Origin: Vulcanimicrobiota bacterium
GTDB taxonomy: Bacteria; Vulcanimicrobiota; Vulcanimicrobiia; Vulcanimicrobiales; Vulcanimicrobiaceae
Length of the DNA stretch: 64,000 nucleotides
Assembly (NCBI GenBank): GCA_963723515.1
Contig: CAVRQT010000002.1
Coordinates: 704,001 to 768,000 of the forward strand
Direction: 5' to 3'
Below are positions 21,034-28,941 of this stretch, in pieces; position 1 is the first letter of the stretch; each line of letters begins with the position of its first letter. The notes beneath the pieces are model-generated. The model ran no database searches. It worked only from the letters and a program-made list of their open reading frames with translations, and was not told the origin of the DNA. The translations under genes and the position numbers were made by a program.

Positions 21034-21846
21034 TTGCCTGAGCTTCCGGAAGTCGAGACCATTACGCGCGGATTGCGGACACTCGTCGTCGGACGACGGA
21101 TCGCTCGCGTTAAGGTCGCTCTGCCGAAGATCGCAGTCGCACCCAAGGGTGTCAACTTTCGGCGCGCTTTGATCGGCGAGGCGATTACAGCGGTGCGGCG
21201 ACGCGGCAAGTACGTTGTCATGGAGCTGACGTCGGGGCGATTTTTGGTGACTAGCCTGCGGATGACCGGCCGCCTGATCTTTCAGCGGCATCCGCGGCCA
21301 GTGGATCCGTACACGCACGTGCGACTCGATTTTGAAGACTTCTCGCGCCTTTGTTTCGCAGATTCGCGCCAATTCGGACGCATGCGCTTAGTTGAGCCCG
21401 ATGAGCCATGGGAGTCCGAGCTTGGAATCGAGCCCCTCTCCCAGCACTTTACACCGCAGCGCTTTATCGGTATGCTTTCGGGGCGGAGAGTGCCGGTGAA
21501 GGTGTTCCTCCTCAACCAACGCCGGATTGCCGGAATCGGCAACATCTATGCATGTGAGGCGTTGTGGGAGGCGCGCATCCGCCCCACGACTCGAGCCAAG
21601 GCGCTGAAAGCACCGGCGGTGCGCCGGTTACACACTGCGCTCATCGACGTACTGCATCGTGCGATCGAAATGCGTGGAACCAGCGTTGATGACTATGTTG
21701 ACGCCGATGGTCTGCGCGGCGGCTTCCAAAATCAGCTCTCCGTTTACGGCAGGCACGGCAAGGCGTGCGCGCGATGCGGAAAACCGCTCGTGCGAACAGT
21801 GCTGGGAGGACGGGGAACATGGTGGTGCAGACGATGCCAAAAATAA
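21034..21846 (+). CDS. mutM: formamidopyrimidine-DNA glycosylase/AP lyase
   Basis: PELPEVE N-terminus, RRGKY, LRMTG, AGIGNIYACEAL, C-terminal CARC...CRRCQ zinc finger. Confidence 0.97.
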   Translation: MPELPEVETITRGLRTLVVGRRIARVKVALPKIAVAPKGVNFRRALIGEAITAVRRRGKYVVMELTSGRFLVTSLRMTGRLIFQRHPRPVDPYTHVRLDFEDFSRLCFADSRQFGRMRLVEPDEPWESELGIEPLSQHFTPQRFIGMLSGRRVPVKVFLLNQRRIAGIGNIYACEALWEARIRPTTRAKALKAPAVRRLHTALIDVLHRAIEMRGTSVDDYVDADGLRGGFQNQLSVYGRHGKACARCGKPLVRTVLGGRGTWWCRRCQK

Positions 21847-21873
21847 AATGAAGATAAAGGACGGTTAACACAC

Positions 21874-23007
21874 ATCTCGACAACTGATTTCGTAACCGCG
21901 CAACCAGAAGAAGAAGATCAACTCGCGCTCGAGCAGCGCCTCTATGAAGAATCGCTCAAGGTCCTCGATGAAGGGCAAGTCTTGAGCGGGGTAATCGTCG
22001 CGAAGTACCAAGACGAATTGCTCGTCGACATCGGCGGCAAGTCCGAAGGCATTCTCCCATTTCGCGAACTTTCGCTGGCGATCGAGACGAAAGAACTCAA
22101 AGTCGGTGACACGCTCGAGGTCATGATCCACCGGATCGACGACCAAGACGGCTCGCTTTTCCTATCCGAGCGCCGTGCGCGCGCGCTCAAAACCTGGGAG
22201 AAGGTCGTTGAAGCGCACGAGCGCGATGAAGTCATCGAAGCCACGGTGACTCAAGTCGTCAAGGGCGGCGTCCTCGTCGATCTTGGGATGCGCGGGTTTG
22301 TTCCAGCATCTCAGATCCGTCGTCAACCGGTTGGAAATCTCGAAGAGCTCGTCGGAAGCCGGCTGCGTCTCAAAGTGATCGACCTCGATCACAAACGCCA
22401 TCGTGTCGTGCTTTCGCAACGGCTCGTTCTTGAAGAAGAGCTCAACGCAAAGAAACAAGAGCTGCTCGGAACGCTCGAAGTCAATCAAATTCGCGAAGGC
22501 GTCGTCGTTCGCTTGGCAGAGTTCGGTGCGTTCGTCGATCTCGGCGGCATTGACGGCCTCATTCACAACAGCGAACTGAGTTATGCGCGGATCAAACATC
22601 CGAGCGAGGTCGTCAAGATCGGTGACGTCGTGCAGGTCGAGATCATGAAGTTCGACCCCGAAGCGCGCAAAGTCAGCCTCTCGCTAAAACATGCACTGCC
22701 CGATCCATGGGACGAGCACGCCGAAAAACTCTTTGAGAGCAACAAGCTGACGGCGCAAGTCGTTAAGGCGACGCCGAACTACTTGCTGGTCGAGATCGTC
22801 CCGGGCGTCCTCGCAATGGTGCCCAAGGGCGAGTTCGATCCGAACGCACAGTTCAGCCCTGGTCAAGAGATCGATGTCACACTGCTGACGATCAATCCGT
22901 CAACCCGCCGTATCACGGCATCGATTCAGCACGTTGCCGACGTCCCGCCGGACGAGATCGAGAAGATCGACGCGGACGAGAAAGCCGAAGAAGAGACCGT
23001 AACCTGA
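21874..23007 (+). CDS. rpsA: 30S ribosomal protein S1 (short form); start probably the non-canonical ATC at 21874
   Basis: Repeated S1 domains (LVDIGGKSEG, VKGGVLVDLGMRGFVPASQ, FGAFVDLGGIDGLIH.SELS); lies between mutM and coaE. Confidence 0.88.
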   Translation: MSTTDFVTAQPEEEDQLALEQRLYEESLKVLDEGQVLSGVIVAKYQDELLVDIGGKSEGILPFRELSLAIETKELKVGDTLEVMIHRIDDQDGSLFLSERRARALKTWEKVVEAHERDEVIEATVTQVVKGGVLVDLGMRGFVPASQIRRQPVGNLEELVGSRLRLKVIDLDHKRHRVVLSQRLVLEEELNAKKQELLGTLEVNQIREGVVVRLAEFGAFVDLGGIDGLIHNSELSYARIKHPSEVVKIGDVVQVEIMKFDPEARKVSLSLKHALPDPWDEHAEKLFESNKLTAQVVKATPNYLLVEIVPGVLAMVPKGEFDPNAQFSPGQEIDVTLLTINPSTRRITASIQHVADVPPDEIEKIDADEKAEEETVT

Positions 23008-23022
23008 GGAATCTCTGAACGC

Positions 23023-23613
23023 GTGCGCGTCGGCCTGACGGGCGGCCTCGGCGCCGGCAAGAGCGAGGTCGCAAAGATATTCGAATCGCTCGGCGCGTAC
23101 ATCATTGAAACAGATGTTCTGGCAAGAGAAGCCGTTGCACCAAATAGCGACGGCTTGCGCGCAATTGCGCGCGTCTGGCCATCGGTCGTGCAGGGCGACT
23201 CGCTCAATCGCGCCGCACTGGCGGAGATCGTCTTTCGCGATGCAACAGCGCGGGAACGCCTTAATGCGATCGTACATCCCTTCGTACGGCAGCTCGCTCT
23301 TGAGAAAGAGCAGCATGCGAAGCCGGGGCAGATCATCGTGCACGTCGTTCCGCTGCTCTTCGAAACGGATTACGCCAAGCGTTGCGATGCGACGGTGGTC
23401 GTCGTTGCGCCGGATGAGTTGCGCGTGCGGCGCGTGCTAGAGCGCGACCGTTGGAGCGAAGATCAGATTCGCGCTCGCATGAGCGCGCAGATCGATCCGC
23501 ACCAAGCGCGCGGGCGCGCGACCCACGTGATAGAAAACGATGGCGATTTGAGCCACTTGCGCGAGCGCACTCAAGCGGTTCTTGAGAAGCTCGTTTCAGC
23601 CGCCGTGACGTAA
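23023..23613 (+). CDS. coaE: dephospho-CoA kinase
   Basis: VGLTGGLGAGKS P-loop, LNRAALAEIVF, LNAIVHP, VPLLFE. Confidence 0.95.
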   Translation: MRVGLTGGLGAGKSEVAKIFESLGAYIIETDVLAREAVAPNSDGLRAIARVWPSVVQGDSLNRAALAEIVFRDATARERLNAIVHPFVRQLALEKEQHAKPGQIIVHVVPLLFETDYAKRCDATVVVVAPDELRVRRVLERDRWSEDQIRARMSAQIDPHQARGRATHVIENDGDLSHLRERTQAVLEKLVSAAVT

Positions 23614-25176
23614 GACGCGGCCGGGCCGCGCCCCGGTGAATGCACCGTTAAGAAGAACCGCTTCACCATTGACATAGACATGCTCGATGCCGAGCGGAAA
23701 CTGATACGGCCGCTCGTACGTCGCCGTGTCGCAAATCGTCGCTTCGTCAAAGATCACGATATCGGCGTAACGCCCTTCTTCGATTCGACCACGATCGCGT
23801 AAACCGAACGCATCCGCTGCAAGCGATGTCATCTTGCGAACCGCTTCTTCCGTCGTCAATACGCTCCGCTGCCGAACGAAGCGGCCGAAGACACGCGGAA
23901 AGGTGCCGAAAGTTCGCGGGTGCGGGTAGCCGCGTGCCGTCACGCCCTCTAGCGCGCGAGTGGATGCATCACTGCCGATACAAACGAAATCGGCTGAGAC
24001 CACGGTTGCAACATCATCTTCCTGCATCGTGAAGAAAATCGCTTGGACATCCAGTTCCTCTTCGATCAGCAGACGAAGCACGGCGCGCTCGGGCGAGAGT
24101 TGCCAGTCGCGTGCGATCTCGTCGATGCGCATCCCGGCAAGGCCGGCATTCCGGTCGGAGCCGACCGAGGTGATCAAAATGTCGTGCCAATCGCAGGGCG
24201 CATTCAATCGCATGTCCAGCGCGGTGGCGGTCGCAACCACGCCATCGGAAAGTCGCTCGACCGTCGGCGCCGGGCCGCCGTCGCGAATGTTCGCAGGAAG
24301 CAGCGTGGCGAGCTCCGTCCAACTCGCTCGATATGGATAGACGTCCGCGGTAACCGCGAATCCGCGGCGGCGAGCGTTGTCGATCATCTCTAGCGAGCGA
24401 TGGACCTTTCCCCAATTGCGTTTTCCCGCCGCCTTATGATGCGAGCACTGGACGTGGACTTGCGCGCGCTTGCCAACTTCAAGCGCTTCATCAACCGCTT
24501 CAAATAGGGCGTCGCCTTCATTGCGCAAATGCGAGGCATATCGCGGTGCGCCCGCTTCTCGCGCGGCGCTCGCGAGCTCGACGAGTTCTTCGAGGCCGGC
24601 AAACGACGACGGCGGATAGATAAGGCCGCTCGATACGCCGAGCGCGCCTTCATCGCACGCTTGGCGAACGAGATGCGCTTGTGCATCCAACTCGTTGCGG
24701 TCCAACGGACGCTTCTCTTCATCGGCGACGGCACACCGAGTCGTGCCTAATCCGACGAGCGATGCAATGTTGAGTGCAATGCGCTGATGTTCGATGAGCG
24801 TGAAGAGCTCGTCGAAAGTTTGCCACTGAGCATCAAGTGCGTAGTAGCGCTTTGAAGATGAGAGATTATCTTGGGCCGCACCGACGAGTGGAGCAGCAGA
24901 ACGCCCGCAGTTGCCGCCGATTTCGGTCGTCACGCCTTGCGCGACCTTTCCATCACAGCGCGGTAGCACAAGCCACAGCTCGTCGCTGTGCGCATGGACG
25001 TCGATAAATCCGGGCGCAAGAATCCGGCCGGCGCACGCAACTCGTTGCAGCGCGTCACGGCCCGAGAGATTTCCGATGAGCGCGATCCGTTCGTGATCGA
25101 GGCCGACGTCGGTAACGTACCGCCTGCGGCCCATGCCGTCGACGATCGTCGCATTCTCAAAGATGACGCTCAGCAC
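23596..25176 (-). CDS. N-acyl-D-amino-acid deacylase (D-aminoacylase)
   Basis: PGFIDVHAHSD, QGVTTEIGGNCG, HLRNEG, PHPRTFGTFPR, ADIVIFD. Confidence 0.9.
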   Translation of the reverse strand: MLSVIFENATIVDGMGRRRYVTDVGLDHERIALIGNLSGRDALQRVACAGRILAPGFIDVHAHSDELWLVLPRCDGKVAQGVTTEIGGNCGRSAAPLVGAAQDNLSSSKRYYALDAQWQTFDELFTLIEHQRIALNIASLVGLGTTRCAVADEEKRPLDRNELDAQAHLVRQACDEGALGVSSGLIYPPSSFAGLEELVELASAAREAGAPRYASHLRNEGDALFEAVDEALEVGKRAQVHVQCSHHKAAGKRNWGKVHRSLEMIDNARRRGFAVTADVYPYRASWTELATLLPANIRDGGPAPTVERLSDGVVATATALDMRLNAPCDWHDILITSVGSDRNAGLAGMRIDEIARDWQLSPERAVLRLLIEEELDVQAIFFTMQEDDVATVVSADFVCIGSDASTRALEGVTARGYPHPRTFGTFPRVFGRFVRQRSVLTTEEAVRKMTSLAADAFGLRDRGRIEEGRYADIVIFDEATICDTATYERPYQFPLGIEHVYVNGEAVLLNGAFTGARPGRVLRHGG

Positions 25177-25187
25177 GCCGCACCTCT

Positions 25188-25214
25188 GTTTAACAAGCTG
25201 GCGCTTGGGGGTAA
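25188..25214 (+). promoter_or_regulatory. SigB/SigF-type general-stress promoter
   Basis: GTTTAA-N15-GGGTAA, 36 nt upstream of the KGG/GsiB-like genes. Confidence 0.6.
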
Positions 25215-25250
25215 CACCGAGGCAGTCTTCCTACGTCGAGGTATACACGC

Positions 25251-25466
25251 ATGGCGATGAAAGAATCCGCCCTCAACGCCGGGGGAGCAATGACCGTTCG
25301 TGAGGCGGGCAAACGCGGCGGCGATCGCGTCAAGGCGAAATACGGTCAAGAATTTTATGAAACGATTGGCCGCAAAGGCGGCGAGGCGACCAAGGAAAAG
25401 TACGGCCCCGCTTTTTACGAGGAGATCGGGCAAAAAGGCGGTCAAAAACTCAAACGCAAGAGCTAG
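25251..25466 (+). CDS. KGG-repeat / GsiB-Em-like general stress protein
   Basis: MTVREAGKRGG, FYETIGRKGG, FYEEIGQKGG repeats. Confidence 0.88.
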   Translation: MAMKESALNAGGAMTVREAGKRGGDRVKAKYGQEFYETIGRKGGEATKEKYGPAFYEEIGQKGGQKLKRKS

Positions 25467-25496
25467 TCGCGTCTTCTTAAGAGAGTTTTAAGGCAC

Positions 25497-25820
25497 ATGG
25501 CATCAAAGACAACCGGTTCTGCCAGCAAACCCAACGGCGAGATGTCCGTTCGAGAGGCCGGCAAAAAAGGCGGCAATACGGTGCGCGACCGCTATGGTTC
25601 GGGCTTCTATGAGGAGATTGGACGCAAAGGCGGGCAGGTGACGCGCGAGCGACACGGCGCCGAATTTTATGAAACGATCGGTCAAAAAGGCGGCAGAGTC
25701 GTCAAGGACAAGTACGGCGCCGACTTTTATGAGGAGATCGGACACAAGGGTGGTCAGAAAGTGAAACGTCTTGTTGCCGAAGCCAAGAAAAGGCTCTCGA
25801 AAGACGGCACGACGGAATAG
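25497..25820 (+). CDS. KGG-repeat / GsiB-Em-like general stress protein
   Basis: MSVREAGKKGG plus three 22-aa YG..FYEEIG.KGG repeats. Confidence 0.9.
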   Translation: MASKTTGSASKPNGEMSVREAGKKGGNTVRDRYGSGFYEEIGRKGGQVTRERHGAEFYETIGQKGGRVVKDKYGADFYEEIGHKGGQKVKRLVAEAKKRLSKDGTTE

Positions 25821-25832
25821 CTGAAAACCGGT

Positions 25833-26378
25833 TTAGATAGTAAACGCGCCTCGGATTCGTCCGAGGTGAACGGCACCGGTTGCGAAGTTGATCCTCGCGC
25901 TCTCGACGGTTAACGCTCCTTTGCCGGCCTTGATGATGCTGGGGTGAGCGAGCGTCAAGGTTTTCATCGCATTCGACCAACTGATCAAGTCGGTATCAAA
26001 GGAGCGGCTTTGAGCCCCTCGCAGTTCCGCAATATGCACCCGACCGATCGCAGTAAAATCGTCACTTAGCGTATTTGCACTGATGTGCTGAGCGGAAATC
26101 GAGAGATACGGCTTGCCGTCGCGATACAGAACGCCGTTGTGGATCCCGTCAACCTCAGCGTACGAGCCGTCCGGTGACATCTGAGCGCGATCGTATTCCA
26201 GCGACCAAGACTTCGTCTTCCACCGATGCGCGCTGATTTGACCCTTCGCTAAGATCGCCGGCGTCGAGCCCATCGGCGGCGGAATGTCGCGTCCGCTCAA
26301 GATCAGCCCTTCGGCCAAAATCGCCACAAGCGCGACGCCGCAGACAAATGCGAAGGTACGCCATTTAAAGCGCGGCAC
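25833..26378 (-). CDS. LptC-like LPS export periplasmic protein
   Basis: N-terminal TM anchor followed by a beta-rich region (KSWSLEYDRA, FDTDLISWS); near lptD/lptFG-like genes. Confidence 0.55.
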   Translation of the reverse strand: MPRFKWRTFAFVCGVALVAILAEGLILSGRDIPPPMGSTPAILAKGQISAHRWKTKSWSLEYDRAQMSPDGSYAEVDGIHNGVLYRDGKPYLSISAQHISANTLSDDFTAIGRVHIAELRGAQSRSFDTDLISWSNAMKTLTLAHPSIIKAGKGALTVESARINFATGAVHLGRIRGAFTI

Positions 26379-27870
26379 GGCGTCCCAGCATGACGAGGCC
26401 CGCGTAGATGATGATCAGCGCGAAGACGAGTGCAGTGGGGCCGACGTGACCGAACACCGAGCCCACCGGCTTACCAATTGCGCCTAAGACGACGGCCTCA
26501 CGATCGAGATCCGTGCGCTGCACGTACTCTCCGTTCGGCGCGATGATTCCGGAAACACCGGTCGAGGCGGCTCGCAGAATCCACGTACCGGTTTCGATTG
26601 CTCGCAGCCGCGCAATCTGCGCATGTTGATACGGTCCGGCGGTCTCGCCGAACCATGCGTCGTCAGTAGCGATCACAAACGCTTGGGCACCATTCTTCAA
26701 TTGAGCGTACGTCAAATCGGCGAAGGCGGATTCCCAGCAGATCAACGGCGCAAACGCCACTCCGTCCGCCACAAAAATGCTGTTTTGCGTTCCGGTTCCA
26801 AAGCCGGTGATCAGGTTCGTATACGGTATCCAGCTCAAGAACGCGCGCCCGGGAAACGCTTCCGCAAACGGAACGAGCTGGCGCTTATCGTAGACGTACG
26901 TCAGGCGGCCGTCGCGCGCAAAGACGAAAAGCGAATTGTATTCCTGACCGTCGTGTTCGTTGAGACTGCCGATTGCGAGCGTCGTCGACTGGCGTCGAGC
27001 GAGCGCACCAATGTCGCGCTGGGCACGCGAATCTTCGCTCAAGATCGTCGTGATGACCGTTTCAGGCCAGACGGTCAATACCGCGCCGTAGGACGCCGTG
27101 CGCGCGGTCAGCGTACTGTAGCGATCGATCGCGTGCTGCAGCGCATTGGGCCCATGCCACTTTGTCGATTGGAGAATGTTGCCTTGGACCGCGGCAACCC
27201 TCAGGTAGGGAGCCGTTGCGTTGCGGGCCGGCCATGCCGACCAACAAACGAACCAGGCTGCGATGATGACGACAAGCGCTGCCAACGCGAAGCGATTGCG
27301 ACGCAAGATGACGGCTTGTGCTAAGTACGCGCCGATCACGCAGACAATGAACGTGACGCCGAACGTGCCGATATAGGCGGCAAACACGGCAAGCGGTGTA
27401 TCGGCTTGCGAGTACCCCAGTTGTCCGAATGGGACCGCGAGCGGCCCGATCGAGCGCAACCATTCGAACGTCGTGAATACCGCGGCCGCTGCAAGGGGCG
27501 CGAAGGGCGGCGCGACGCGCCTGAACGCAAAGGCGGCCAGAACCGCGGACGCCGCAACATACCCGCCTTCTGCAAGCGCCGGCACGAGGACGAGCGCGAA
27601 TGCGAGACTCCCGACAGCGCTGCCGACGGAGTAGCCGAACCACGAAAATGTGATGCCGAAGAAAATCGTGGCGCCGAACCAAGCAACCGGGAAGATCCGC
27701 TTCAAGGACAGCCGCTGGCACAACCAGAACAGGCCCGCCGCTCCAAGCGGCGCAAGCCAGGGTACATTGAACTTCGGAAAGGCGAGCGCTAAAGCAATGC
27801 CGCTCAGCGCGGCAACGGCAAAGTCCAACGGACGAATCGAGGTACCGATGCTACGAACTCTGGCGATCAC
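26365..27870 (-). CDS. lnt: apolipoprotein N-acyltransferase (start uncertain)
   Basis: Multiple TM helices; LGYSQ, VQGNI, WPET, YDKRQLVPFAE, LICWES, DAWFG, QH catalytic motifs. Confidence 0.95.
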   Translation of the reverse strand: MIARVRSIGTSIRPLDFAVAALSGIALALAFPKFNVPWLAPLGAAGLFWLCQRLSLKRIFPVAWFGATIFFGITFSWFGYSVGSAVGSLAFALVLVPALAEGGYVAASAVLAAFAFRRVAPPFAPLAAAAVFTTFEWLRSIGPLAVPFGQLGYSQADTPLAVFAAYIGTFGVTFIVCVIGAYLAQAVILRRNRFALAALVVIIAAWFVCWSAWPARNATAPYLRVAAVQGNILQSTKWHGPNALQHAIDRYSTLTARTASYGAVLTVWPETVITTILSEDSRAQRDIGALARRQSTTLAIGSLNEHDGQEYNSLFVFARDGRLTYVYDKRQLVPFAEAFPGRAFLSWIPYTNLITGFGTGTQNSIFVADGVAFAPLICWESAFADLTYAQLKNGAQAFVIATDDAWFGETAGPYQHAQIARLRAIETGTWILRAASTGVSGIIAPNGEYVQRTDLDREAVVLGAIGKPVGSVFGHVGPTALVFALIIIYAGLVMLGRRAAL

Positions 27871-28549
27871 GGTCTTTCTAGCGGCTGTCGTGCTGGTCGC
27901 TTGCGGCCGTCAGGTGACGCCAAATCCGCCCGGCACGGGCCCCAACGGCGTCTTGCCCGGATATCTCTTTGTCCGGTACGACACCGCCAATCCGATGGAC
28001 TTCAATAACGTTCGTTACCTGATCGTATTCAATACGAGCGGCAACGGCGGCGTGCCATACACGAATGCGTACAATACGGGCTACGCCAACTACTCGTTCA
28101 TCATCACCGTTGCGGGGACAAACGGCTTTGTCGCGCCGCAAGTTTGCCAGATCATCCGGCAACAGGGTGGAGGCGTAACGTGTCAACCCGAGCAGTTCTC
28201 TCCCAGCCAAGTGATTCTGACGCTCAACAGCAACGGCAATAACTCTGAATTCACCATCATGTTCGATCGGCGGCTTTTCTTCGGGATTCCGCCGCCATCA
28301 CCGACGCCGCCGCCGCCGACGACGCAACCGCAGAGCATTTGGACCTTCAATTTCATCACGACGGATACGAGCTTCCATCCGCTCGACGCGCTCGGAGTCG
28401 GTGGGCCGATCGACACATCCTTTCACGTGCCGCTGCCGATCAGCACGGCCTTTGATTTCGTTCAACAGCTGACCGTGCCCGCGGGTGCGACGCGATCTGC
28501 CAACCCGAACGCGCAACTCGCCGGCGGCGAGATTATCAACAACCCGTAG
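27848..28549 (+). CDS. hypothetical lipoprotein
   Basis: MLRTLAITVFLAAVVLVAC lipobox; GAGG RBS; Pro/Thr-rich segment. Confidence 0.75.
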   Translation: MLRTLAITVFLAAVVLVACGRQVTPNPPGTGPNGVLPGYLFVRYDTANPMDFNNVRYLIVFNTSGNGGVPYTNAYNTGYANYSFIITVAGTNGFVAPQVCQIIRQQGGGVTCQPEQFSPSQVILTLNSNGNNSEFTIMFDRRLFFGIPPPSPTPPPPTTQPQSIWTFNFITTDTSFHPLDALGVGGPIDTSFHVPLPISTAFDFVQQLTVPAGATRSANPNAQLAGGEIINNP

Positions 28550-28554
28550 GGGGA

Positions 28555-28725
28555 ATGGCGATGCAGCAATCGATCGAGTGCTCAAACGAACTCTGCAACT
28601 GCACGATCAGCGCGGCGATCGATGCGGAAGATTACTGCTCGCAGGCATGCCGGGAGCTTGGCGAAGATGGCCGCGTCGAGGGCGAAACCTGCCCGTGCGG
28701 CCATCCGCAATGTGATATCCCATAA
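28555..28725 (+). CDS. bacterial metallothionein (SmtA/BmtA-like, 56 aa)
   Basis: Hand-translated MAMQQSIECSNELCNCTISAAIDAEDYCSQACRELGEDGRVEGETCPCGHPQCDIP*; CxxxxCxC...YCSxxC...CxCGHxxC with 8 Cys and 1 His; G-rich RBS. Confidence 0.8.
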   Translation: MAMQQSIECSNELCNCTISAAIDAEDYCSQACRELGEDGRVEGETCPCGHPQCDIP

Positions 28726-28892
28726 CGGGTCGTTTCGGCGACAGTTCCCCGCGAAACCGCTCGAAAGGCCCGGCTCGCTGGAGTCGGGCTTTCTGCTGCC
28801 CGCATTTTTTGCACAAGCAAAGCTTTGAACTATCTCTCTGACGTGCAAAAAATGTCAGAGCTTTCGCGGGAAACCGTCGCCGAGACGACCCG
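28726..28892. other. 167-nt structured element with 31-bp terminal inverted repeats (ncRNA or MITE)
   Basis: 28726-28756 pairs with 28862-28892 (28/31); internal hairpins at 28763-28793 and 28836-28860; 12-nt complementarity 28803-28814/28843-28854. Confidence 0.65.
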
Positions 28893-28941
28893 CAACGTAC
28901 ACTCTGCAGCGGCCGACGAACAGCATTCTAAATAAAAAGAA

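Noticed and set aside
25279..25760. Periodic 66-nt DNA repeats that might suggest a CRISPR array
   Set aside because: They are the degenerate coding repeats of the KGG proteins; no cas genes or unique spacers
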